DNA of 64,000 nt from Octopus bimaculoides. Lineage: Eukaryota. The position numbers and the translations under genes were made by a program. Below the pieces are notes generated by a model, which was given only the letters and a program-made list of their open reading frames with translations, made no database searches and was not told where the DNA came from. The stretch is from contig NC_068995.1 in the NCBI RefSeq assembly GCF_001194135.2, positions 53,751,882-53,815,881 on the forward strand, read 5' to 3'. Position 1 is the stretch's first letter. Every line of letters begins with the position of its first letter. This document shows positions 52,761 through 64,000 of the stretch, piece by piece.

Positions 52761-53830
52761 ATCAACATGTCCTTTATTCTATAAAATACCACAGGCTGTG
52801 TCATGTCATACATAGCGCCACTTATATACATGACAAGAAAGTCTGTCACGTTGGATCAGTTTTACCTAGCTGTAAATTAGTATCCGGTGGAATCGCAGAA
52901 TCATAACTACGTAACGTAAGAAGTTGGAAGACTCTGGAATTAATATTAACGTCTGTCTCATACTTTAATTTTCAAGATTTCATTTCCTTCTATCTAAAAA
53001 ACAAACAAACAAACAAAAATAAACAAAGAATGTTTTCTACACAGTCTCAAACGAGTTTTCAAGATTTCTTGGCTTAGTCATGTTTACTACATCTGTGGAC
53101 TTTTTAAAAGTGTGTGATTGTTGATGCGCAAAATCAAATTCATGTTAAACTCATCATGCATCAATTTACATGACAATCAAATTTTACTATATCTAGAATG
53201 AAGCTGAGAAACGAGAGACGCGGAAACACATTGATAGTGTAGCAGCTGAAATTTTATCTCAATGATATAGTAACAATATTTCAGTCAGCATAGCTGTAAA
53301 TATGTACATAGGTTGTGTGGAGTTCCTGTCTTACACAGCCCAATGATAGGGGAACTTGATCAGACGTTTTTTTTATTATTTTAAATTTTAATCAACAGGG
53401 ATGATGTAACAAAGAAACAACCCCGTTTATCCGCGATCGAATCACTAAAAAGATATATAAACATTTTAAGGTTGTCTATAAAATGATATAGCAAATGGAA
53501 AATACTACACCATAAATTAGAGAAAACAAAGCAAATCTCTGAAGAAGTAGTTGATATGTTTGGCGTATGAGTATTGGGCTAGTTATAGGTTTGTTTGTGA
53601 CAGTGCAGTGGCTGCATGGATAAAAGGAGTAAAAAGAGCTTGAAACATTGTGTGGTAAAATAAAAGTGAACACTGGTTTGTAGTTCCACATATGCAGCGC
53701 CCTGCTAGGACCTTTTCTGTATAGTTAGTAAAGCTAAGGATGCTGCTGGACGTTGTTGTATCTGTGATTTGCAGTCAACAACTGATGAGCGGATGTACCA
53801 AGTGCAAACTCTATGCATCATGTGTGTGTG

Positions 53831-53866
<36 letters not shown>

Positions 53867-54159
53867 CATACACACATATATTATTGTGTCTGGGGAGGGT
53901 CATTCTGTTTTGATGCCTTATAAATTAACGCAATCACCGGTTCGATTTCCACTCATACATTTTTTCTAAAATTTTCGTTGCTTCTTGTAACATCTTCAAT
54001 AGTCGTTGGCTCTGAAATGAGTTTGCATCATACCTTTCAGAATACTATTTCCTGTATTATTTCAACAGGGCCACCAATTCCAAACCCGCAAAACTATGTA
54101 ATACAGTTGCTCGCTTAATAGAGAAATGAAAAGAACTTTCTACTCGTATTAAGCAGCTG

Positions 54160-54226
<67 letters not shown>

Positions 54227-55452
54227 GTATTTATCTACCTATATCTCTCTCTATATATACATTTATATACATATAAATATACATATGTATATTCATATAT
54301 ATGCACACGCACAAATATATATATATATGTATACAACAAATTGCTATATATATGTGTGTATGTATCCTTACATACAACTATACATATATATATATGTATA
54401 TATGTGCATATTTATGCGTATCCATCTATTTGGCTATATACATTTATATGTGTAAATGTATGTATGAATACACACATGTTCGTATATGACTAGAGAAATA
54501 TTACTCATAAAGGATGTAGAATATTTGATATTTATTTGGATGTTGGTTTATGCAACAACTTTGCGTTCGATGATTCCTCATTGTCAGATAGCAACTGTAA
54601 TATTGAAAAAAAATATGTAAGTTGGTGTTGGGACATTACGCTTTCATTGATTAACGTGTGTCACGTGAGTCATGTGTAAAGAAATCGTAGAAGATTTTAA
54701 AAACGTATATACTGGAAGGTCAAATTACGTTTCCAGATTGAATTCATCGCGTTAAAGAACAAATAAAGGATGCTTTTATTAAAATCTGTGAGTATATTAT
54801 CGTTTCCAAGCTAGTTAGAATAGTTGAAGATTAAAAAAATATTAGAAATAGTGATAGCACTTCCCACCCCAAATCCTTTTCTATCACCTTTACGCAATTT
54901 CTTTGCCTCTTAAAACTTCTATAAAAAATTCTACATTTGAAAATTTATGTAGCGTACTCGGCTTTCAATGTTTTGATTTTCGGTTGATTTATCTATTGCA
55001 ATGTGACGCCATCGATAATCAAATTCCTTTCAACAACATTAGAAGCTTTAGAAAAGGTGGTAAAAAAATTCTGGAAGCACGTATTCATACATTTTCTAGA
55101 ATTCTTTTATTCTATGTATGTATAAATCTCTCTGATTGATTGGTGGAATAAATGAATGAATGAAGAAATTATCAAAGATGTCATAATATGAAAGTTTATG
55201 TTGATGTATGTGCACATGTTAACCAGCAGTTTTGAATAAAGACAATATTTGACATTTATATGACATTTATAAGTCGTTCTCCAGGCGTTATTTAATAGTG
55301 TTTTAATTCGTAAATAACCTGTTGCTCATCGAAGTAGGCATTACCCTTGCGGAGATCTACACGTTTATCTCTTCCTTCTGACAATCTCTATTTCTCTTTG
55401 AGTCTGCACGTCTTTTCACCATTACTCTTTATCTCTCTCTCTGATAAACATA

Positions 55453-55590
<138 letters not shown>

Positions 55591-55839
55591 AAGAGAAATG
55601 CCTTGAGAACTTTATCATGGACAAAAGAATGAAATTATTTACATTTTCATCAAAGTATGCTGCCGATCGATTTTAAGAGAGTTTAATTATGCCGTAGAAG
55701 AAGAGGACTTGACGGAAACTTGAAGAAGCACGTTGTACACATACAGACACAGGCACACGCACACACGTACACATATATAAAGAAAGATAGAGAGGTAGAT
55801 AGATAGACATAAATATAGATTGATAGCTACATTTGTATT

Positions 55840-56090
55840 CAAGGCTGTTGGATTAGACCTGCATAACTTAATAGTTTCCTGACATATGTATAAGGCACGT
55901 CTTATTGTCCGGATGCGGTGATGATAATTCGATTCAACAGGAAGTTCACAGCCTGTTTTGCAACTCTCATACTCAGAAATGCAATGGTCCAGTGATTGGA
56001 CTAAGGGGGTCCTGCAACGAAAATGGCAATTGTTCAAACATTGCACTATAAAATAAATATGAGACATAATTTGTGAGACGTGAACAAAAT
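55840..56090 (+). mobile_element. Decayed RTE-like remnant (RT C-terminus)
   Basis: Frameshifted DNSIQQEV, ATKMAIVQT and CET* follow the RTE order D.SI..EV..RI / TK..IY / YGCETW. Confidence 0.45.
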
Positions 56091-56867
56091 CATTTCTTTT
56101 CTTTTGTTTTCAGTATGTATATACATATATATCTTCACAATTACCTTTACATCTACGAAAGCCGCACCAGCATATCTTCCATTTATTCAATACTAAAATA
56201 CCACTGTCCTTATAAATGTCATGCACTTCAAATAAATTAGACAAAACATCAGGTTTTGCATGCCTCTTATTTGCAACAGGGTGTTTCTGCCGATCGTGTG
56301 TTGTTGAAAACTAATTAAATCTAATTTATATGTCTTTTTTTATGACATTATATATTTATTTAATTGAATAAAACTAGATAATGTCATTAACTTTGAATCT
56401 AACTCAATGCACCGAAAATTTACCGTTGATTCACATGTATAAAATGTGCATTGAATAATAAATGGTTTTATTTCCTAGAATAATACACAATAGTAATCAA
56501 AGCATTGTTATCGACGTTTGCTAAGAAAACGCAATTCAATCTGCTTCCCTGTTGCATTGTTACTAGATAACATAAATGTAAATTATTAGAGTAGTTTGTA
56601 TTTATGTGTTATCATGCGTGTAAAAGTAAACAAGAGATATAATGCAGTCATGCTTTCAAAATGTTTAGATGTCATCTATAATGATTTAGACTTGAAATAA
56701 GATATAAGATGCTTATAGCAATTTCTCATGAAACAACATTTTATATGTGGCTTAAATATCATTCATGAAATAAAGTTCCGTTCATATATACACACACACA
56801 CGAATAAATATAAATATATATACATACATACATACATACATACATACACATACACACACACACACCT

Positions 56868-56901
<34 letters not shown>

Positions 56902-57949
56902 GCACACACAAGTGCATGAACATCAAACATTCAAATACGTCGTTGTCACTTTTATCAGATGTGTTGAAATAAAAGATAGTACAACTCGAGGCAGCTTTCA
57001 TTCCTTCCATATCTGTAGGTAATATATGTAAAGAAATATTTGATTATCTCTAAATGCGATATTTTATTCTAGCTCTCCAAAGTTTGTTGACTACGCTGCA
57101 GTCAGCCTTTGATATTCCTTCATACTATACTAAATCCTAAATGAATTTTAAATTAACTTCAATTGTAAAGAATCAAATATGCTTATTTATATCGAAATAT
57201 ATATGTTGTTTATGCACATCTTCAAACGAAATTATTCACGAAAGAAGAATGAATTACTACAATGAAAAGCGGTGAATCGCCGGTTGAGTTTCAACTTGTT
57301 CTTCTAATTGTTGATGTAATTAAGATATGTTTTAAAATGGAGTGAGTGCTGTGTAAGACTAGTGAATTTAAGTGGTTGCTGGAGATATTAGAAAATGCAG
57401 CCAAACCTTCCTGAAGCACTGTTCAAATATATTAAAAAGAGAGGACACCTTTAATAATGTAATCCTTGATACATCGACAGAAGCGGCTGAAAATGCTTTC
57501 ACTACGATTTTACGAGATGAGGTTGACCGAGGGTTATGAAACAACGAGCGAGAAAAGAAACATACAAACTTCTTCCTTACTAATATAATAAATCAAATCT
57601 CAAATACTTTAAATTACAAGAATATAATGATTTTATAATGAGATCAGTAGAGTGGTTTGGCAGATCCCTACTGCAGCATCAATCATTTGCTTAATTGATC
57701 TACACTTTCTTATATCTTGCATGTATCACACGTAGCATTAATAGTGAGACATTTATAATAGATTCGTACACTAACGTACATTCTACTACAAATGTGAAGC
57801 GTTACTGGTCCTGAGGGGCTTATAACAACGAGTCAACAAAAGCGTCTCCGTGTCGTTGCTCAGTATTCTGAACTATAACATTTCTATAAGATTTCATTAC
57901 CTGGCAATATTCATTTATGAATTACAATTGTTGTGTAAGAGAAAGGTCA

Positions 57950-58150
57950 GTAAATGAGGCGTTCAAACTTGTACAAAACGTTTGACGACGTCATCGAAAC
58001 GAATCTGTTTCAACTGATATTTGAACCTGCTTCTCTCACAGGGTCACCCAAGGACATACGCAGCTGTAGCACACTCGACATCTATTTACCAATGCTTGAA
58101 AAATATAATTTACAAGCTAACACATCACTTGACCCTTCACTTTAGTTTAT
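57950..58150 (+). mobile_element. LINE APE C-terminal remnant (CR1/Jockey-like)
   Basis: NLFQLIFEPASLTGSPKDIRSCSTLDIYL resembles NL.QL...PT........S.LDL.L. Confidence 0.4.
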
Positions 58151-59101
58151 TTAAGGATGTCAGCCTTCGAAGAAATGATAATTTAAAATGACATTTAGAC
58201 CAAGAAGCTCTATTGAGAATTTTTAATCATATTAATAAAAAAGAGATTTTATGCTCCGATTACACAAAAACGCTTTCTTGGATGCTTTTAACACAATTTG
58301 AATCCGTTGGCTGATTGCGCTATTTGATTTCGTTTGAGAAGAGAATATCTGAGCATTGGTTTCAAATGTCACTACGCTTTTACAATCTTATTGCAGGATG
58401 TGCTGGATGTGTGTATTGATAAAGGTTACCAGGAATAGCTTTTAATGCCTGTGCTTCGAATTTGTTAAAGGAAATATGATATAATGAAATCAATATAATC
58501 GTTAATTCATGTCCTACAAAACATCACCTTCCTATTCTCAAACGAAACCATTATTCACAGTCTTCATGGTGGCGAGCCATTTGTGATGGTAGACCACTTG
58601 ATTGAATACTTTACAGTGTTTAGTTTAAATCCAGTGCGATCTGATTTCAACTAATGACATGACATTTTGCAATTCATCTCTTTGAGGTCAAGAAAATTAA
58701 TCACCTACTAGCATGATTAAACAACTGATTAATGATCAGCTATTTTTTAGACTAAAGCCATCACTAATCGGGTACATTTAAGATAAATGACATCCCAGCC
58801 ATAGCTATCCAGTTGGGTACAATGAAGCAATGTTTTACGTTATCCAGTATATTGTTTTTGCTTTAGAGAGATTTAACTGCTAAATAGAGCACGTCGAACC
58901 ATCACGTAGAGGTTCCTTTGTAGGTTTGTCAGTAACCATTAGCAATACACTGAAGAAAAGACGTTCGATTGCTTTATGATCAGCTACGTTCCTTCATATC
59001 TTAATAACGACGCTGTACAAAGAAACACACACGCACCCACACACACACAAACACACACACACAGACACACACACACACACACACACACACANNNNNNNNN
59101 N

Positions 59102-59143
<42 letters not shown>

Positions 59144-59711
59144 TATATTTATATAAAACTATGCTGATAAAATATAGACGCGTGAATACTTCGTTCGTAT
59201 CCTGCAGACAGTATTTTAACTTCATTAAGACCAACATAAAAAATGCTTGGCGAATGAGTGCAAAGCGTCGTGTAATTGACGAGTGTCAATAATTTAAATT
59301 CTCTAATTGAACATAATCACAAGCTGCTTCACTTGTTGATGGTCTCAGGTTTATGCTCAGAAGTATCAGGAACGTAGTCGCAATATTTGGCCTTGATATA
59401 TTAAAGAAGAACAAGTTCGTATCTTTGTTTTATGACAGAGTAAGATGTAACATTGTTAAGCTGAATTTAAATTGTAGCTTTGATTCGCAATGAAAGCTCG
59501 TATATTTTTCCGGCAGAGCCTTTTCATTGTGATAATGGCAAAGAAAGGCCCCCGAGAGAAACGGAAAAGCCACATTTATTGTTTACACATTTCTTCAAGT
59601 AAAATGTTCTTCGTGTGAAAGCAAATTAATGTTTATTATCCTATTAAAGGTCAGTAAATCAACAGAAACATTAGAGGGCCTAAATAATGAATTAGAGTAT
59701 TTAGTTCGCAC

Positions 59712-59928
59712 AAGGTAGCGAATTGGCAGAATCGTCAGCGCTCTGACAAAATAATTAGCAGCATTTCGACCGTTTTTATGTTTTGTGTTCAAATTTCGGC
59801 GAGCTCTACCTCGTCTTTATTCTTTTTGGAGTCGATAAAATAAGTATCTTCTATCATAACCCTGGGACAACCAATTCCTTGTGAGTGAATTTAGCTGATG
59901 GATACCGTGTGGAATCTCGTCATATAAA

Positions 59929-59965
<37 letters not shown>

Positions 59966-60168
59966 ATCTGTGCGTGTGACTTTGCCCCTCTGTATGTAAG
60001 TCTCACTACATCACAATTGGTCCTGATGTGTTTATGGCTTAAAATACTGACCAATATAATGTATAGCGGAGTTACAAAATATGCATCGGGAGCGATTCCT
60101 GCGACTAAAACCTTTCAAGACGTTGTCCCAGTGTGGCCGCAGTCCGATAAAAGAAACAAGTAAAAGAT
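59712..60168 (+). mobile_element. Chimeric SINE: F1 5' half joined to F2 body and 3' end
   Basis: 59712-59846 follows F1 (AAGGTAGCGAATTGGCAGAATCG...GTTCAAATTTCGGCGAG...GTCGATAAAATAAGTA); 59847-60168 follows F2 (TCTTCTA...CCTTGTGAGTGAATTT, (TG)n, GTGTGGCCGCAGTC...GAAACAAGTAAAAG). Confidence 0.78.
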
Positions 60169-61069
60169 AGCCGCTATTACATTTATGTCACTCACCCACA
60201 TTCTTCTTGATTCTATGTGTTCTTTTTTCTTTCACTGGCATTCATTTAAACTGGTTTACAGTAAAGTGTGTAAAGACTTCCGCTGCTCTATATGTTGATG
60301 CCTCTACTAACAAACATCAACTGAAGATTTACATTCTCACATTATTCCTACTTTGATTGATTTTCCAAATATTACACCAGTGCTGTTTTCAAGCAATTTC
60401 TTTTTCACATAGAACCACTGCTCTCCCAGCTGATGTCTTCCCGATACGCATAAATCTTTTTGACGTTCAAACTGAACATTAACCGCATCGATAACACGAG
60501 AGGAAGGCTGAAAATATTCCGTATATCAACACACCTAAACCAATTAAATTTTTAAAAAAGTAAAACAAATATAATTTTTGTTTTCTTTAAGAGAAAATCA
60601 ATTCCTCAATAAGGCCGTTATGTTAGACTTTCATGATTGTATGAAAACGGCATAATTGTATAATTTCCCTTGTGCTAACTATTATATTTATAAGAGGAGC
60701 TTATTAATATAATTTCCCTTGTGATAAATATATTATCGATATGAAGTGCTGCTTGTGTATATACATAGAGAGTTCATTTTCTCTATGATTAGTATATGAT
60801 ATGTAAAATAATATTTGCATAATAATTGTGCAAAGTCTTTATAATAATTTGAAATTAGAAACATCTAATTAATGATATTTGCATATCTTCGATAGACAAA
60901 TAAGTCGATAAATAGATACATATTAAAAATATTTAGTTTTGTTATTCCAAATTCATCAAGTTATAAATTTTAACATTGTTTTGACATGTAGATAAAAATT
61001 TCCCTATCTTTTATCGCACATCAACGTCCGCTCTATCTCCCCCATTTCACACGAAAATGTATCGTATGA

Positions 61070-61360
61070 AAGCACTGTGAATAAAATTAGAGTGTCCCGA
61101 GAATATTGCACCAAACTTAGGAAAATATTGCCCTCGGAACTCTCCTCTTACGACAAAACGATATCCCACAATGCACTTGCAGTACCAGTGCTGATCCCGA
61201 TATTTGGGACACTTGATTGGTCTGTAGAGGAAATCCACTTCATACATATCAAAATCTGCAAAATCCTGACAACAGCTGGGATCCTCCACAGAAACAGTGA
61301 TGTTGACAGGCTCCACCTAAGAAGAAATGAAAATGTTAGAGGCCTGACATTAATGCAGAC
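61070..61360 (+). mobile_element. R4/Dong-like non-LTR retrotransposon, post-RT fragment
   Basis: EYCTKLRKILPSELSSYDKTISHNALAVPVLIPIFGTLDWSVEEIHFIHIKICKILT...HRNSDVDRLHLRRNENVRGL matches EY..RVRKIL.SEL...NK..AIN..AVPVL.Y.FG.I.W...EL..LD.K.RK.LT....HP.SD.DRLYL.R..GGRGL. Confidence 0.8.
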
Positions 61361-61364
61361 GTAC

Positions 61365-61690
61365 ACAAATATGGATGTCAGTTCGCATGCACGAAGACCT
61401 GGCGAAGGAAGGCTAATGTAGCGGTGCAAAATTCAAAAGGAAAAAAGATAAGCCCACATGTTTAAGGAAGACAACGTTCTGTATTGCACGCAGGGCTTTG
61501 ACCTGGAACCCACAGAAGAGGTGGAAAGGAGAATGCCCTAAAAACAACTGGCGGTGGAATACTGATGTAGATCTGGAAAAAGCAAGGATTCAGCTGAAGA
61601 GAAGCAGAAAAGATAGCCCCAAATTGAAACTAATGAAATAAGGTCTTCGATGTCCTATGCTCCATATTAGAGCAAGGGCTGAAGAGAGAT
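61365..61690 (+). mobile_element. RTE-clade LINE 3' end
   Basis: IARRALTWNPQKRWKGECPKNNWRWNTDVDLEK matches I.RQAL.WNP.G.R.RGRPKNTWRR; a terminal LCS motif lies near 61655. Confidence 0.72.
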
Positions 61691-62109
61691 ACACGTGTGT
61701 GTATTTGTGGATGCTTCTGTGTTTGTATGTAGGCTTACATCAAATGGACATCAGCCCAATGTGCAATATAGACTTCGTGTTCAACTCCAGCCTCAGAATA
61801 ACTTGGCAGATTAGTTTGCCCTCTGCTTTGTATGCTATTCTATAAACCACATTAACGTTTAGCGTTACAAACATCTTGGCTGTATTAAACTGTGTACTTG
61901 ACTAAATAAGTCAAAATTACAGACATAGTTTACTTGTAATTCCCCGAAACTTAAACTTCTTTATAGTAAAGCTAGCGTGTCCTTCCTCGCCTACTCTTAG
62001 AGGAAATTCTTGGCAACGCTATTGTGAAGTATCTTTGAGACGCCGTCCATTGAAAGAAGACAATTATTCATAGTTTTATGCTCCAAGTTGACAATCCGGA
62101 TTTATTCCT

Positions 62110-62210
62110 CACCGACCGACATTACGCCATTAAATACAACGTAGAATCTATTGTTATGTTTACATCTACTTTCCATCTCTCTTAAAGCAGTCGAAACCTT
62201 CTGAACCGTC
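62110..62210 (-). mobile_element. Possible RTE RT remnant
   Basis: ALREMESRCKHNNRFYVVFN resembles LRQ..EKC.E.N...YVVF.D. Confidence 0.3.
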
Positions 62211-62961
62211 ACAAATAAATAATAAATAACTGCATGTGAGATTAACGAGATAGAAGAAAGACAGAGCCGAGAAGAAATACTATCCTTCTTCTTTTTTTTC
62301 TTATGATGTATAAGAAATAAAAACAATGTATATAAAACTGGTGTAGCTTTGAGATGTTAGTAGAAGATTACGAAATATTATAAATTTACGATGGTCAGAC
62401 ACGATATATAGGAAAGGCTGTATTGTTGGTGATGTGAGAAAAAGATAGGTGTATGCATATTCAGGAAATATCTTTATAACAGGAAATAAACTAAAATTTA
62501 GCTGCAGTGTTCATAAAATATTTGACTCCTTTACTGAGAGATACGCGAACACATACACACATACACATATACGTACATCTATTTCTGCATATGTGTGTGC
62601 TTTAAACAGTGACAGCCGCTATAACATCCCTTTCTCTGTATTTAGCAATCTGTTTTTGCACAGCACGCACGTGCATACACTCACGTTCTCACACGCACAT
62701 AAATATACGTGCGTGTATGTGTTGTATTTGAAACAGTACCAGACGATAAAGCAATTATATATGTATCTCACCATCTATTTATCCGTATATCTATATATTA
62801 ATCGATATAATACAACTACTTCCATACACACAACCGCACTTACGCACATACATAGAGTTAGCTTTATGATTGTTCAAAGAACAAAGCAAGCCACAAACTC
62901 TGTTAAGGACCCAACGCTGGGAGTTATATAATTTCTTCACATGTACACACGTTACACTCAC

Positions 62962-63045
62962 CGCCGTGGGAGATTCTGAGGAATTGAACAAGTTTGGTCA
63001 ATTGTTTCCGTATAAAGTTTACAGTATCCCCAAACAAAAGGGAAG
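62962..63045 (-). CDS. Candidate 84-nt internal exon, product unknown
   Basis: Pyrimidine tract plus CAG acceptor and a GCG|GTGAGT donor; length divisible by 3; two open frames (SLLFGDTVNFIRKQLTKLVQFLRISHG or FPFVWGYCKLYTETIDQTCSIPQNLPR); no homology recognised. Confidence 0.25.
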
Positions 63046-64000
63046 CTGTCAGATGGTGAAAGTAGGAGTAAGTGATGTAAGTAGCAATAGACATAGGAAA
63101 GAAAGATTATGCGACAAAGGAATGAAAAAGAAGGGAAATAAATTATATATTGCTAATTCATTGTCGTGTATTTTTCAGTAGACATATTATTTGAAAGTTC
63201 GTTTCCTAGTAGCACCAGCTTTTAAGGAAATCATTTCAAATATATGCATTTTCTGTGCGTTTAGATATAAATATGAACAACTTAAAAATCTTATTTTGAC
63301 ATTGTGATATTAAAATAATATGAGCGTTATATATATATATATCAATATATTGTTATATTGTTTATATAATATAAGAATGATAAAAATAATAAAGGATTTC
63401 GGATTTCTTATCAAAATGTGGTGCTTAATAATATCATTCCGTTACGGCGCCCTAAGAATATAGTGCTTCTCGATGACTGAGAGTCGAACACTTAGAATAT
63501 TCTTGAAACAATTGACTGATAAGCTCAAGGGCAAAAAAGAAGATAAATCACACGAATGCAACATTTGTATAGTTTATAATTATGCATTATATTATACAAT
63601 GGAAAATAAATATTTTAGATCAAGTTAAACACACACACACATATATATATATGTGAGCGTGCGTGTGTGTGTGTGTGTGCATACAAAGAGAGGTTGATAG
63701 AGGATGCCAATGATTTCGTTACATTATTAGGATTTTTTAAGGCATTATGGATTATGTAGAGAATGTGTCTGCCACTATAGCGTGTCAGAGAACAGTAACT
63801 ATCGTATTACTTTTGTATTACTAGTGAGACAGTAAATACTACTTCTTTATAAGTAGAATATGTCAATGATCATGCTCTATGCACTGTACGATAGAATGTG
63901 TAGGCCAGCGACTATGGATTTATAACGCCTGGTCAATGTCAGAGAGCAGACATTAGGGAAGTGCTTCTTTTTAAATTTTCGTGATTCTACTGACTAGTTT

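Noticed and set aside
55687-56067. 126-aa Cys-rich minus ORF with good acceptors
   Set aside because: It is the antisense of an RTE remnant, has no good donor, and runs into a microsatellite.
60196-60507. Minus-strand acceptor and GTGAGT donor pair
   Set aside because: All three frames contain stops across the interval; the sequence resembles a decayed APE.

Overview
Eukaryotic, AT-rich, essentially non-coding DNA from a short-read scaffold: 10 N-gaps, each abutting a microsatellite. The tRNA-derived SINE families match my recollection of octopus (coleoid cephalopod) SINEs, so an Octopus intergenic or large-intron region is the best inference; this needs a Dfam/Repbase or BLAST check. I found no recognisable host protein-coding gene, tRNA, rRNA, CRISPR array or prokaryotic system. 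Most listed ORFs are translated microsatellites or span N-gaps. Nearly all remaining protein-like stretches resolve into decayed non-LTR retrotransposons (many RTE-like APE/RT remnants, a Tx1/L1-like piece, an R4/Dong-like piece, a CR1/L2-like 3' end) plus one mariner remnant. The most interesting structure is in how the retroposons are arranged. There are two tail-to-tail inverted SINE pairs able to form about 100-180 bp fold-backs; the one at 39.2-39.6 kb has a palindromic tail junction and inner arms sharing unusual variants. There is also a chimeric SINE joined at a microhomology, two LINE-LINE fusions and a perfect 24-bp palindrome. A few splice-signal-flanked exon candidates are listed at low confidence. 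SINE labels F1-F4 are my working names. Motif comparisons were made by eye against remembered consensus motifs, not by database search.
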